64,000 nucleotides of DNA, from the IMG/VR virus record IMGVR_UViG_3300042898_004326; one strand, written 5' to 3'. Below, in pieces: positions 31,527 through 41,551 of this stretch. Both the position numbers and the translations under genes were made by a program. The notes beneath the pieces were generated by a model that did no database searches, was not told the DNA's origin, and saw only the letters and a program-made list of their open reading frames with translations. Source of the DNA: an uncultured virus (IMG/VR IMGVR_UViG_3300042898_004326) (lineage: Duplodnaviria > Heunggongvirae > Uroviricota > Caudoviricetes). Numbering within the stretch: the stretch's first letter is position 1; the number at the start of each line of letters is the position of its first letter.

Positions 31527-33221
31527 ATGGCTATAACTAAAATCAAAAAATCCCAACTCGATGCCCTCACGATTGTGAACGCTGACATCGATGCCGCTGC
31601 GGCTATCGCTAGTTCTAAATTGGCTGATGGTGCGAATTTTACGAAAAAAGATGGAAGTGTAGCCTTTACAGCAGATCAATCCTTTGGAGGATTTAAGGCA
31701 ACGGGCTTAGGCACTCCGACTAACACAACAGATGCTGCCACCAAAGCATACGTAGACTCAGTTGCTCAAGGTTTGAGCGTTAAGACTGCTGTGCGTGTAG
31801 CAACAACTGCCAACATTACTCTTAGTGGTATACAAACCATTGATGGAGTTCTTCTTGTTGCAGGTGATCGTGTACTTGTAAAGAACCAATCTACAACTAC
31901 TCAGAATGGTGTATACGATGCCGCATCGGGTGCTTGGGCTCGTTCAGCAGATTCTGACGCAGGTTCAGAACTTGTAAACGCTTTCTACTTCGTAACTTTA
32001 GGAAGTACTTTACAAGCAACGGGTTGGACTCAGAGTACTCCCGGACCTATTACAATCGGTTCAACAGCAATTGTATTCAACCAATTCTCTGGAGCCGCTG
32101 ACTACCAAGCAGGTGCAGGTCTTACTAAGACGGGCCTCACCTTTAACGTAGGAACAGCGTCTTCTTCTCGTATTGTAGTTAACGCTGATGACATTGACTT
32201 GGCAACTTCGGGAGTTAGTGCAGGAACATACAACAGAGTTACTGTAGATGTTTATGGTAGGGTTACTTCTGCGGTTGCTGGTACAACTGATAACTTAGTA
32301 GAAGGTACTACTAACCTATTCTTTACTAATGCTCGTGCTCAAGCAGCTATCACGGGAGGTGCTTCTACAATAGTTACTTCTAACTTGACCGCATCTCGTG
32401 CTTTGGTATCAGATGGTTCTGGTAAAGTAGCAGTAGCAACTACAACAGCAGTTGAACTCGGATATGTAAACGGAGTAACTTCTGCTATCCAAACTCAATT
32501 GAACAATAAGCAAGGATTAGATGCCACTTTGACCGCTCTTGCTGGTTTGACCACAGCCGCTAATCAGTTGATTTATGCTACAGGTGTAGATACTTTTGCA
32601 ATGTCTGCTTTGACTACTTTTGGTCGTTCTTTGATTGACGATGCTGATGCTGCTACTGCTCGTACTACTTTGGGTGTTGTTATCGGTACAAACGTACAAG
32701 CGTGGGATGCCGACTTAGATGCAATTGCTGCCTTGGCTGGTACTTCAGGATTCTTGAAAAAAACTGCTGCGAATACTTGGTCTTTGGATACTAATACTTA
32801 TATCACAGGTAACCAATCAATTACTTTGAGTGGCGATGCAAGTGGTAGTGGAACAACAGCAATCACCGTAACTCTTGCTTCTGTAGGAACTGCTGGTACT
32901 TACACCAAAGTAACAACTGACGCTAAGGGTCGTGTGACTTCTGGTACTACTTTGTCAACAGGTGATTTGCCATCAGGAACTATGAATAGTAGTAACTTTG
33001 TAGTAAGAGAAACACCAAGTCCTGCTCCTAACGGGGTGGCAACAGTGTTTACTGCTACTGGTAATGCTATTTCGGGCTCAGAGCGAGTATACTTAAACGG
33101 TGTATTGATGGAGCCAGGGGCAGGAAACGATTATACTGTAACTACTTTGACTCCTTTGACAATCACCTTCTTGTTCGTGCCTACACCTACAGATAAAATT
33201 AGAATTAATTACTTGAAATAA
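31527..33221 (+). CDS. Tail fibre protein
   Basis: DAATKAYVD, VRVATTANITLSG..TIDG...DRVLVKNQ, TDNLVEGTTNLFFT and KVTTDAKGRVTSG motifs. Confidence 0.8.
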   Translation: MAITKIKKSQLDALTIVNADIDAAAAIASSKLADGANFTKKDGSVAFTADQSFGGFKATGLGTPTNTTDAATKAYVDSVAQGLSVKTAVRVATTANITLSGIQTIDGVLLVAGDRVLVKNQSTTTQNGVYDAASGAWARSADSDAGSELVNAFYFVTLGSTLQATGWTQSTPGPITIGSTAIVFNQFSGAADYQAGAGLTKTGLTFNVGTASSSRIVVNADDIDLATSGVSAGTYNRVTVDVYGRVTSAVAGTTDNLVEGTTNLFFTNARAQAAITGGASTIVTSNLTASRALVSDGSGKVAVATTTAVELGYVNGVTSAIQTQLNNKQGLDATLTALAGLTTAANQLIYATGVDTFAMSALTTFGRSLIDDADAATARTTLGVVIGTNVQAWDADLDAIAALAGTSGFLKKTAANTWSLDTNTYITGNQSITLSGDASGSGTTAITVTLASVGTAGTYTKVTTDAKGRVTSGTTLSTGDLPSGTMNSSNFVVRETPSPAPNGVATVFTATGNAISGSERVYLNGVLMEPGAGNDYTVTTLTPLTITFLFVPTPTDKIRINYLK

Positions 33222-33223
33222 TT

Positions 33224-33753
33224 ATGGCTAGGACTCAGATACCAACTACATTAATAGAAGACGGATCAATTCGTAGGGTAGACATCAATACTACTACTAC
33301 AGGTCAAGCATTGGCCACTAGAATATTTGTTAATTCGCCTTTGACTATTAGTAGTACAGGCGTTGATTCGGGAACGGGTGATGTTACTTTGGGTCTCAGT
33401 ACAGCCAATTTAGTAACAAGTTTCAATACAAGAGTCGGAGCAGTACCTTGAGCGGTAGTGATGTCACTACTGCTCTAGGGTTTACTCCCGTCAGCGGAAA
33501 CCAAACCATAACTCTTTCGGGGGATGTAACCGGTTCGGGTGCTACGGCTATTACAGTTACTTTAGCAAATACTTCTGTTACTCCTGGAGCATACACAAAT
33601 GCAGATATAACTATTGACAGTAAGGGTAGAATTACTGCTGCTGCAAATGGTTCGGGTGCAAGTGGTTTTACGGGAATGTTTACAGTACCTACAAATCCTC
33701 CCGGAATGCAAACTTTAGATATACAAAATGGACTTATCGTAAATGTTTTGTAA
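33224..33753 (+). pseudogene. Fibre-like gene split by an apparent 1-nt frameshift at about 33445
   Basis: ORF1 ends VTSFNTRVGAV(P*); the -1 frame continues TLSGSDVTTALG, restoring the fibre motif SFNxRxGAVTL...DVTTALG. Confidence 0.6.
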
Positions 33754-33762
33754 CTTTGCGCT

Positions 33763-34044
33763 ATGATTAAAATACAAGACGTAATCGTACCAACTAAAGG
33801 GACTGCAAAATATGTCAATGTTGTTGCATTGACCTTCCCTATGAATCCTAGCTCTGTAACTTTCTATTGGCAGTTATTGTCTGAGGTAGAAAAGATTGAA
33901 GATGAACTAGTTGAATCCATTCCAGGCGTTTGTTTATTGGATGGTAACTTAACAATGACCAAAGAAGAGTATGCTGCTTGGGGCTCAGACGATTCTTACG
34001 TTACAAATTGGGCTTGTAATAAATTAGACTTAACAATTATATGA
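33763..34044 (+). CDS. Small tail-associated hypothetical protein
   Basis: TAACTTTG box; GNLTMT.EEYAAWG.DD.YV..W pattern. Confidence 0.65.
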   Translation: MIKIQDVIVPTKGTAKYVNVVALTFPMNPSSVTFYWQLLSEVEKIEDELVESIPGVCLLDGNLTMTKEEYAAWGSDDSYVTNWACNKLDLTII

Positions 34045-34301
34045 TAAACTTTAATAAAAATTGTCTCGCATTAGACGGAAAGGAAGTCGCAGACACAAAC
34101 ATCGGCAAGATTGTCGGTCAATCATTAATTCAATCGGGTAAAGGCGATGCTCTTAAATTCTGGCATTGGGCAAACAAAATGTATCAAGGTGAAGAATTGG
34201 ATTTAGATCCCACGGATACTGATGTATTGAGAAACTTCATCAAAGAGAATGAAACTATGACCATTTGGGTTAAGGCTCAGGCTCTTGAATGTTTCAAATA
34301 A
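34041..34301 (+). CDS. Small hypothetical protein (possible fibre chaperone)
   Basis: 86 aa, ATGA overlap with the upstream gene. Confidence 0.6.
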   Translation: MINFNKNCLALDGKEVADTNIGKIVGQSLIQSGKGDALKFWHWANKMYQGEELDLDPTDTDVLRNFIKENETMTIWVKAQALECFK

Positions 34302-34319
34302 ATTAGTTAACTTTGGTAT

Positions 34320-37190
34320 ATGAACTTAGATTCTCAAGAAAACAAACCCCTCATTGAAAGCAGCCCCCAAAGTGGTGGTAAGCGTTTAAAAGTTGGGATA
34401 GAAGGACAAAGCGTTGTTGTAAGCTCAGCGACTCTTTCTTCAGCGACTATGCGTCCTACTTTAGGTGGTGACTTGCAATTTGGTCTTCCGATTCGGGCCT
34501 CAGAAAACTTAACTGATCCCGTGGATCGTTTCCGGGTATCTCAGCCTCAGTCAATGATTGATACCGACTTTGAATATGGTACGCAGCCAACAAAGTGGGA
34601 AACAATCAACATGACCAACTACAGACCTTATGCTACTTACAACGTACAAAGCCCTTTGGCTGTTACTGCAATTTCTAGTACAGCAGGTTCTCGTGTAATT
34701 AGCGTAACTACTGGTACTTCTATAAGTGCTGGTACTCCAGTGTTTATCCAAGATGCAACATTCGAAGGTGCTAATGGTTTGTTTACTGCAAATAGTACAG
34801 GTACTACCTTTACTTATACCGCAGCATTCCCTGCTCCTACAACTGGTTCAATCTTGAACTCAAACGTAACTGCTGTTTATCAAGGTCAGATTTATACAGG
34901 TGCTGTAATTGGAGGTACCCCTACATTTGCTTGGAGTTCTGGTTTGGCAATACCTGTTACAACTACTATTCCTCACGGATTAGCTCTTGGAAACGAAATT
35001 GTAGTAACTGGTTCTTCTCAAGCAAATGCCAATGGTGCTTGGATTGTTGCTCGTATTGTTTCTGAAACACAATTCATATACTACTCAAGTATTGCTCCTG
35101 CTGCTAACCCTACTGGTGGCCAAATATTTGTTCGTCCTGTAGGATCTGTATTACACAGAGCATTTGATGGAGGTGTGAAGTTTTCTTCTAACGCTTCTTC
35201 TGCCAATGAAATGTTGGTTCGTCAGACTCGTAAATACTTCCGTTACCAGTCTGGTAAAGGTGTTATGATGTCTACAGGTTCTATTATGAAGCCATCATTC
35301 AACCCCGATTTGATTACTTCGAGTGGAACTACAGTTACAGTCAATACTAAAGAGGCTCACAACTTGCAGTTTGGTGCTAGCATTACTGTTGCTGGTTGTA
35401 TTGAAACTGCTTACAATGGTACATTTACAGTAACAGGAGTTATTACTCCTACTAGATTTACTTATACTGCTCTTTCTACACCATCTGCTGCTTCTGCTTC
35501 AGGACAATACCAAGTAAACGTAAACTCTTGGGTTGGCTCTAGTGTTCGTATCGGTATGTATGACGATCAGAATGGTTTGTTCTTTGAATTTGATGGTACT
35601 ACCTTGTACGCTGTTCGCAGAGCATCTACATATCAAATTTCTGGTTCAGTTGTCATAAACAACGGAGCAACCACGGTTACTGGTACTGGTTCTGAGTATT
35701 CAACTCAGTTGAGCCCTAATGATATGGTTGTGATTAAAGGTCAATCTTACAAAGTTTGTCGTGTAATTAGTGATACTCAATTCACAATCAATCCTGCCTA
35801 CAGAGGACCTTCTATTACTGCTCCTTCTTACGCCTTTGTAACCAAAACTGTTGATACCAAAATTCCTCAGTCTTTGTGGAACATCGATAGGATGAACGGA
35901 GCAGGTGGAACAGTCAACCCATCTGGTTTCAACTTAGATTTGTCTAAAATGCAGATGTTCTACATCGACTATTCTTGGTATGGTGCAGGTCCAATTCGTT
36001 GGGGATTCCGTGGTGTTAACGGTCAAGTGACTTATTGCCACAAATTAGCCAACAACAACGTAAACCTTGAGGCATATATGAGAACAGGTAACTTACCTGC
36101 TCGTTATGAAACAAGTACCGTCCCTGTAGCAAACAGAATTTCTGCGAGCGTAGGTACTGGAGATACTACAATCAACGTAGTAGATGCAAGTGCTTTCCCT
36201 AATAGTGGAATTATTGTAGTGAACAACGGCTCAACTATTGAGCATATGAACTACACAGGTAAGACCGCTACTAGTTTCACGGGAGTAACTAGAGCAAGGG
36301 CTGGTGAACCTGCTGGTATTGCTGTTACCATTGCTATTGGTTCTGTGGTAGGTACCGTATCATCTTCTGCTAACTTGCAAGTTGGACAGCGTGTTATTTC
36401 ATCTGGTTTTCCTGATGGAACATATGTTGTAGGTGTATCTGGAACTACTATTACTTTTGCTTACGCTGCAACTGCTTTGAACCCGACAGGAGTTATTTTC
36501 TCTCCTATGTCTGCAACTACTGGCCAATCATTTACTTTCAACGCCAATGCTCCTATTGGAGTTGAGTTTGGTGGGCCTACTGCTGCACCAATCATTTCAC
36601 ACTGGGGATCTTCAGTAATTATGGATGGTCGTTTTGACGAAGATAAACAGTTCATCTTTACCACGGGTACTACAACTTCTTTGTCTGTGCCTACCGCAGG
36701 TAACAGATTTGCTTTGATGTCTATCCGTCTTGCTCCTTCGGTGAGTTCTGGTTTGACAGGTGCTTTTGGTATTCGTGAAATCATTAACCGAATGCAGTTG
36801 TCTTTGTTCAGTATTGGTATTTACGCACAAGGTAACTACTTGATATCGCTTGTTCTTAATGGAACCGTAAGTGCTGCTGATACTTGGACTAACGTAGGTG
36901 GTTCTTCACTCGCTCAAGTTTGTTTTCACGGTTCAGGACGTACAATGGTAGGTGGTGAAGTTGTGGGTGGTTTCTATGTAAACTCTGGTGGTGCTACTTA
37001 TGGTACTTCTACCTATGACTTGAGACAGATTCGAGATCTTTCCAACTCAATTTTGGGTGGAGGAACAACTACTGTGAATACTCAGTTCTACCCCGATGGT
37101 CCAGATATCTTGACCGTTATGGTACAGGCTTTGACTACCGGTACATCTAACGTATTTGGTCGTTTGTCTTGGACTGAAGCACAAGCATAA
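34320..37190 (+). CDS. Large beta-rich virion structural protein
   Basis: 956 aa; RVSQPQSMIDTDFEYG, RQTRKYFRYQSGKG, IDYSWYGAG and LSWTEAQA motifs, recognised from aquatic-phage structural proteins. Confidence 0.7.
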   Translation: MNLDSQENKPLIESSPQSGGKRLKVGIEGQSVVVSSATLSSATMRPTLGGDLQFGLPIRASENLTDPVDRFRVSQPQSMIDTDFEYGTQPTKWETINMTNYRPYATYNVQSPLAVTAISSTAGSRVISVTTGTSISAGTPVFIQDATFEGANGLFTANSTGTTFTYTAAFPAPTTGSILNSNVTAVYQGQIYTGAVIGGTPTFAWSSGLAIPVTTTIPHGLALGNEIVVTGSSQANANGAWIVARIVSETQFIYYSSIAPAANPTGGQIFVRPVGSVLHRAFDGGVKFSSNASSANEMLVRQTRKYFRYQSGKGVMMSTGSIMKPSFNPDLITSSGTTVTVNTKEAHNLQFGASITVAGCIETAYNGTFTVTGVITPTRFTYTALSTPSAASASGQYQVNVNSWVGSSVRIGMYDDQNGLFFEFDGTTLYAVRRASTYQISGSVVINNGATTVTGTGSEYSTQLSPNDMVVIKGQSYKVCRVISDTQFTINPAYRGPSITAPSYAFVTKTVDTKIPQSLWNIDRMNGAGGTVNPSGFNLDLSKMQMFYIDYSWYGAGPIRWGFRGVNGQVTYCHKLANNNVNLEAYMRTGNLPARYETSTVPVANRISASVGTGDTTINVVDASAFPNSGIIVVNNGSTIEHMNYTGKTATSFTGVTRARAGEPAGIAVTIAIGSVVGTVSSSANLQVGQRVISSGFPDGTYVVGVSGTTITFAYAATALNPTGVIFSPMSATTGQSFTFNANAPIGVEFGGPTAAPIISHWGSSVIMDGRFDEDKQFIFTTGTTTSLSVPTAGNRFALMSIRLAPSVSSGLTGAFGIREIINRMQLSLFSIGIYAQGNYLISLVLNGTVSAADTWTNVGGSSLAQVCFHGSGRTMVGGEVVGGFYVNSGGATYGTSTYDLRQIRDLSNSILGGGTTTVNTQFYPDGPDILTVMVQALTTGTSNVFGRLSWTEAQA

Positions 37191-37206
37191 CAACAAATTA
37201 TCTTAA

Positions 37207-37240
37207 AAAAAGAGGCAACTGTAAAAGGTTGCCTTTTTTG
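37207..37240 (+). terminator. Rho-independent terminator
   Basis: AGGCAAC-TGTAAAAG-GTTGCCT followed by a T tract. Confidence 0.8.
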
Positions 37241-37266
37241 TTTTTATTTATTATCTTTGATATAGT

Positions 37267-37500
37267 ATGAAATTCTTTCAGATATTCAAAGACGAGCAAG
37301 GTAAATTTTCATCCAACCGCTTCGTAGGTATTTTATGTGCCATTGCTTTGTGTGCTACTATGTATCACAACTCTTTTTCTGAAGAACACGTTGCTCCTTC
37401 TGCTATTTTGGTAGAGTGTGTAACTGCCCTTGCATTTGGTGCATTGGGTCTCGGAGCAGCTAATAAAATCTTCAAGAAAAAAGAAGATGCCGAAGGATAA
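37267..37500 (+). CDS. Holin-like membrane protein
   Basis: 77 aa, FSSNRF motif, two hydrophobic helices, basic C-terminus. Confidence 0.55.
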   Translation: MKFFQIFKDEQGKFSSNRFVGILCAIALCATMYHNSFSEEHVAPSAILVECVTALAFGALGLGAANKIFKKKEDAEG

Positions 37501-37777
37501 GCCCATAGCGAAAACAACTAGAGGCAAGAACGCCAACTATCTCCCCACAAAGAGTGGAGCAGGTATGACGGCTAAAGGTGTTGCTGCTTATCGTAAAGCA
37601 AACCCCGGATCAAAGTTAAAAACAGCCGTAACTGGTAAGGTTAAGGCAGGTAGTGCAGATGCTAAGAGACGCAAATCATTTTGTGCTCGTAGTGCTGGCC
37701 AAATGGCAAATTTTCCCAAAGCAGCCGCAGATCCAAACTCACGTTTGAGACAGGCTCGTAAAAGATGGAAGTGTTAA
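37487..37777 (+). CDS. Basic protein, DUF6321-like
   Basis: Likely start is ATG 37487; GAGMTAKGVAAYRKANPGSKLK...RRKSFCARS...RWKC. Confidence 0.7.
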   Translation: MPKDKPIAKTTRGKNANYLPTKSGAGMTAKGVAAYRKANPGSKLKTAVTGKVKAGSADAKRRKSFCARSAGQMANFPKAAADPNSRLRQARKRWKC

Positions 37778-37778
37778 T

Positions 37779-37874
37779 ATGTACAACTGTAATTTTGTAG
37801 CTAAGAAGCTAGAATATAATAACTCAAAGCCCACCAAGGCAAGTGGTAAGGTGAAAGTAAAGAAAAACAAATGA
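37779..37874 (+). CDS. Tiny Lys-rich ORF
   Basis: MYNCNFVAKKLEYNNSKPTKASGKVKVKKNK*; fills the intergenic gap; ATGA overlap with the next gene. Confidence 0.45.
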   Translation: MYNCNFVAKKLEYNNSKPTKASGKVKVKKNK

Positions 37875-38083
37875 TATACGGAAAGAAACCGATGAAAAGC
37901 ACCACCAAGGTTACTGCATCAAAAGCAACAAAACCACCCGTAAAGGTAGCGATGAAAATTGAAAAGAAGTTTGTGCCAAAAACTAAGCAAATGATGAAAA
38001 TCGAAAAGGAGTTTGTACCAAAACTAAAACCTGCGATGAAAATCGAAAAGAAGATTATGCCAAAAATCAAATCTAAGAAATGA
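37871..38083 (+). CDS. Lys-rich protein with three 14-aa repeats
   Basis: MKIEKKFVPK / MKIEKEFVPK / MKIEKKIMPK. Confidence 0.65.
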   Translation: MIYGKKPMKSTTKVTASKATKPPVKVAMKIEKKFVPKTKQMMKIEKEFVPKLKPAMKIEKKIMPKIKSKK

Positions 38084-38367
38084 AAAAGACCGTAAAGAAA
38101 GCACCTCCGAAATTATCTCTATATGCATATGGAGAAGGAAAGAATATAGGTGGAGGAGGAACTGTTTCTGTTCAGCGCAAGAAAACAACTATAACCGGCA
38201 AGGCTGATTTTGCTCCTGGTTATAGAAGTGCCGATATCGGTGTAGAGAGAAGAGTAAATAAAAATCTTACTCTTGGGGCTCAGATCGGAACAGGAAAGTC
38301 TTACGGAGCAAATGTCAAATTAAATATACCAATTAAATCCAAGAAAAATGGCAACAAAAAACGATAA
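38080..38367 (+). CDS. Basic protein with amphipathic beta strands
   Basis: 95 aa, coupled by ATGA. Confidence 0.6.
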   Translation: MKKTVKKAPPKLSLYAYGEGKNIGGGGTVSVQRKKTTITGKADFAPGYRSADIGVERRVNKNLTLGAQIGTGKSYGANVKLNIPIKSKKNGNKKR

Positions 38368-38605
38368 AAAGAAAGGCTCACCATCTATGACAGAGTATAT
38401 GATGAAGAGAGCGGCTATGGGTGGCATTAATGCACCAAAAACTTCTTCACCTGCAACGACTCCAGTTTTTAGGCAGGAACCAATGACTCAGTCTCAACAA
38501 GACAGCATGGCAGCCTACGTTAAGTACAGAATTCCTGAACTTAAACCAAAAGGCCAACCTAAGAAATATATAGGAATGCAACCAACAAAACCAAAAAAGA
38601 AATAA
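38348..38605 (+). CDS. Small basic protein
   Basis: K/P/M-rich, ends KPKKK. Confidence 0.6.
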   Translation: MATKNDKKKGSPSMTEYMMKRAAMGGINAPKTSSPATTPVFRQEPMTQSQQDSMAAYVKYRIPELKPKGQPKKYIGMQPTKPKKK

Positions 38606-38609
38606 AATT

Positions 38610-38834
38610 ATGTCATACGGAAAAATGATGGGAAAGTCGGCAGGAACGCCAGCGCCCAAGATGAAAACAACAGGAAAAAGTGGTGGATCACTAGGTCCTA
38701 AAATGAAAACTCCAAAAGCGAAACCTCCTGGAAAGGTAAATATGCCTGCTTATCCTGGTAAAGGCACGGGTAAAAAAGTAAATATGCCTGGTAAGTTTGG
38801 TAAAGGCACTGTTGTAAAGAAAAGAATGTTATGA
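38610..38834 (+). CDS. Small K/G/P/M-rich basic protein
   Basis: 74 aa with no acidic residues; KVNMP occurs twice. Confidence 0.6.
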   Translation: MSYGKMMGKSAGTPAPKMKTTGKSGGSLGPKMKTPKAKPPGKVNMPAYPGKGTGKKVNMPGKFGKGTVVKKRML

Positions 38835-39151
38835 GCCCCAAGAAACCCATAGTTGGAATTGGGCCTCAGACCAAAAGAGAGACCAAGAAAACAGCCAGAG
38901 TGGCTAAAAAAGTTGCTCCAAAAGTACCAATGACGGTATCTGGAACTGCTGCTGCAAAGGCCGCCAAGAAGAAAGAAAGAATAAAAACTATTGGTGCTGC
39001 CATTGGTGTGGCTGGTACTACCATTGGAACAATGTTAGCAGATGCTAGATTTACCCGTGGTGCTGACAGAGTTCGAGGCAATAGAAATATAAAAGTTTCT
39101 GCTGGAGATGCCTGGAGAGCAGGTAAAAATCAAAAATCAACTAAGAAATAA
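38831..39151 (+). CDS. Small basic protein
   Basis: K/A/R-rich with a central Gly/Ala hydrophobic stretch. Confidence 0.6.
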   Translation: MSPKKPIVGIGPQTKRETKKTARVAKKVAPKVPMTVSGTAAAKAAKKKERIKTIGAAIGVAGTTIGTMLADARFTRGADRVRGNRNIKVSAGDAWRAGKNQKSTKK

Positions 39152-39774
39152 TGGCAATCAAGAAAACTCCCGGACCAATTATGCAAAAAGTTCGTGCTCG
39201 TGTAACACGGACTAAAGCAGAAGTAAAACAGAAAACAGCCGGTGCTGCTACAGCAGTTAAGAAGCAAGTTTCGGGTGTTAGAAACGCTGTATCAGCCGTA
39301 AGAGATGCTCGTAAGAACAAAATAGAACTCAAGAAGGCAGGAAAAAAAGACAATACCCTTAGCTACAATGTAGCCGATGCATTTTCAGCAGGTAAGTCTA
39401 AGATTTTTGATAGTGGTCGACCTAGTGCTAGTGCTGGTTCAGCAAGGTTGAAAGGTGCAAGAGCAAGGAAAAAAGGACCAATTGCATACAAAGACGGTCA
39501 GGCGTATGAATTGAGTCGTAGAAAGAGAACAGCAGTTCGTGAACTTGTTAGTATGCGAACTGACAAGGGTGCTGAACTTTCAACTCCAAGAGAATTGAAA
39601 CAAAAAGCCAGAAGAGATTTAAAAGAAATTAAATCGAAACCTGAAAACATGGAGCAAATGCGCAAGCAGAACAAAAGAAAATCTAGACGTGCGGCAGGTT
39701 GTATTCCTGGCGGCTCTGGTACAAATGCTTGTAGATCAGATGTAATGGGTACTGGTGGATATCAAAAGAAATAA
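39151..39774 (+). CDS. Highly basic protein
   Basis: 207 aa, K/R/A-rich, histone H1-like composition. Confidence 0.65.
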   Translation: MAIKKTPGPIMQKVRARVTRTKAEVKQKTAGAATAVKKQVSGVRNAVSAVRDARKNKIELKKAGKKDNTLSYNVADAFSAGKSKIFDSGRPSASAGSARLKGARARKKGPIAYKDGQAYELSRRKRTAVRELVSMRTDKGAELSTPRELKQKARRDLKEIKSKPENMEQMRKQNKRKSRRAAGCIPGGSGTNACRSDVMGTGGYQKK

Positions 39775-39778
39775 AGAA

Positions 39779-40246
39779 ATGAAAAAACCTATAATTTCAT
39801 CAAAGAAAAAAGTAGCTAAGGCTAGAATAGCCGAGGTTAAGAAAATCCCGTCAAGGGGTTTAGCGCCTACTGACAAATCAGTAGCAAGAAAGAATGCCGC
39901 TAGTGAAGCAAGTAAAATAAAGCCAAAAGGTATATCAGCAGACACCGGGGGATTTCCAGATCGTCACTACGGATCACTACCAAGGACTATGTCTGGCGAA
40001 GGAATGGGCGATTATGTGGAACACATGAAAATGCATGGTGATGCAGTTAAGAAAGGGGCTGATAAAATCAACATGAAAAAAAGAATGTCTCCTATCGAAA
40101 GAGATATTAAAAAGCAAGCCATAATGAAAGCATATCAGTCTGGTTCTGCTAAATCAACCAAACCTGCTTCAGCTAAACCAATGACTAAAGCAAAGAGCAA
40201 GTCTATGCCCATTAAGAAAACAATGGCTAAATCAACAAAGAAATGA
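39779..40246 (+). CDS. Highly basic protein
   Basis: Likely start is ATG 39779; K/A/S/M-rich. Confidence 0.6.
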   Translation: MKKPIISSKKKVAKARIAEVKKIPSRGLAPTDKSVARKNAASEASKIKPKGISADTGGFPDRHYGSLPRTMSGEGMGDYVEHMKMHGDAVKKGADKINMKKRMSPIERDIKKQAIMKAYQSGSAKSTKPASAKPMTKAKSKSMPIKKTMAKSTKK

Positions 40247-40410
40247 AACAACCAAAGCCAAAAACTGCATTAAAATCCGCACCTAAGGCTGCATCAAAAA
40301 GTGCATTTAGAGCATATATGGATAATGCAAAATACCCAGAACCAAAAGGAATAAAGACTAGAATGGGTTTGACAAAAACAGTAACTGCAAAACTAAAGAA
40401 AAAGAAGTAA
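40243..40410 (+). CDS. Small basic protein
   Basis: Not in track: MKQPKPKTALKSAPKAASKSAF...KLKKKK*, coupled at both ends. Confidence 0.6.
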   Translation: MKQPKPKTALKSAPKAASKSAFRAYMDNAKYPEPKGIKTRMGLTKTVTAKLKKKK

Positions 40411-40583
40411 TGATTCTCCAGAACGATACAACCGCTAATACCCTCGCTGTAATCTCTGGGTCCTCAGCAGTTATTTCCTTTGTGACTGCGTGGCAACCTA
40501 TCGTAGCATTTTGTGTGGCAATCATAGGTTGTATCTCTGGTGTTATGGCGATTATTTATTACTATAAAAAAATAAACGAATGA
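40410..40583 (+). CDS. Small two-TM membrane protein (holin/antiholin candidate)
   Basis: Not in track: MILQNDTTANTLAVISGSSAVISFVTAWQPIVAFCVAIIGCISGVMAIIYYYKKINE*. Confidence 0.55.
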   Translation: MILQNDTTANTLAVISGSSAVISFVTAWQPIVAFCVAIIGCISGVMAIIYYYKKINE

Positions 40584-40855
40584 GTGCTCCTAAAACAAAC
40601 CCCCTTCCGATTTCCTTTGATGATTTCAAAAAGAATCCAGTGGCCGGTGTGGCCTTTTGTATGTTGTTGGCTGTTAGCTATTTGTATTATGACGTTAAGA
40701 CAGGCTACGGTGATCAGATTGAAAAGTCTAATCAGAAGATTGACGCTCTTGAGTTGAAAGTTGACAAGATGGGTTACGCTTTAAAGAAGAGTGATTCTGC
40801 CTTATCTGCTGCCATTACGGAACTTCGTATAATCAATACAGTAAAGAAACTATGA
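40580..40855 (+). CDS. Membrane protein with coiled coil
   Basis: Single TM followed by heptad repeats. Confidence 0.6.
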   Translation: MSAPKTNPLPISFDDFKKNPVAGVAFCMLLAVSYLYYDVKTGYGDQIEKSNQKIDALELKVDKMGYALKKSDSALSAAITELRIINTVKKL

Positions 40856-41277
40856 GGAATCTCATCATCATCTTTTGTTTTTTCATTCTTGCTGTTGAAT
40901 TAGCATTCCCTGTTGGGGCTGTTACGAATGCTCCAGTGGACGATATTGAGTTGATGCTTGCCAAGATACAGAAAAACTTGGCGATGGCCTCAGAAGTTAC
41001 CCAAATGGCTCAGAAGACTAGTGCCAAACTAGTAGATGCTAAGGTAGAAGAGAAAGCCGAGTTAAAAGAAGCAGTTGAAGTAGCTGAGACCCAAGTCAAA
41101 GCAATGGAGCAAGTAAACGAGATGTACGCTGCCAAGATGATTGCCAATGGTATTGACACCACAGTTGTAGAAGTACCGGTAACAGGCCCAGCATATGACG
41201 CTTACCTCAACTATGTTGAAGAAGGCGGTAAAGAAGAGTTCGACTATTTCAGAATGTATCTATGGCAACAAAAGTAA
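40852..41277 (+). CDS. Secreted / membrane-anchored coiled-coil protein
   Basis: N-terminal hydrophobic signal and acidic coiled coil. Confidence 0.6.
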   Translation: MRNLIIIFCFFILAVELAFPVGAVTNAPVDDIELMLAKIQKNLAMASEVTQMAQKTSAKLVDAKVEEKAELKEAVEVAETQVKAMEQVNEMYAAKMIANGIDTTVVEVPVTGPAYDAYLNYVEEGGKEEFDYFRMYLWQQK

Positions 41278-41408
41278 AATCAACCAAAGAGACCGCCAAG
41301 TGGAAGCCCAAGGCATCCATCAAAAGGCCGGGTGTTGTGGCTAAAAAGAAAACGTCTTCTTTGAAGACCAGTAAGAACTACATTAAAAAATACAGAGGAC
41401 AAGGATGA
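41262..41408 (+). CDS. Small basic protein
   Basis: Not in track: MATKVKSTKETAKWKPKASIKRPGVVAKKKTSSLKTSKNYIKKYRGQG*. Confidence 0.65.
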   Translation: MATKVKSTKETAKWKPKASIKRPGVVAKKKTSSLKTSKNYIKKYRGQG

Positions 41409-41551
41409 AACCAGGACTATATGCAAACATCAACGCTAAGAAAAAGCGTATTGAGGCAGGCAGCGGAGAGAAAATGAGAAAGCCCGGCACCAAAGGGGCT
41501 CCAACCTCAAAGGCATTCAAACAATCTGCAAAGACAGCTAAAAAGAAATGA
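41405..41551 (+). CDS. Small basic protein
   Basis: Not in track: MKPGLYANINAKKKRIEAGSGEKMRKPGTKGAPTSKAFKQSAKTAKKK*. Confidence 0.7.
   Translation: MKPGLYANINAKKKRIEAGSGEKMRKPGTKGAPTSKAFKQSAKTAKKK

Noticed and set aside
29620..37190. Diversity-generating retroelement acting on tail fibres
   Set aside because: No reverse transcriptase and no adenine-specific TR/VR pair were seen; the 52.7-53.3 kb repeat has only one mismatch
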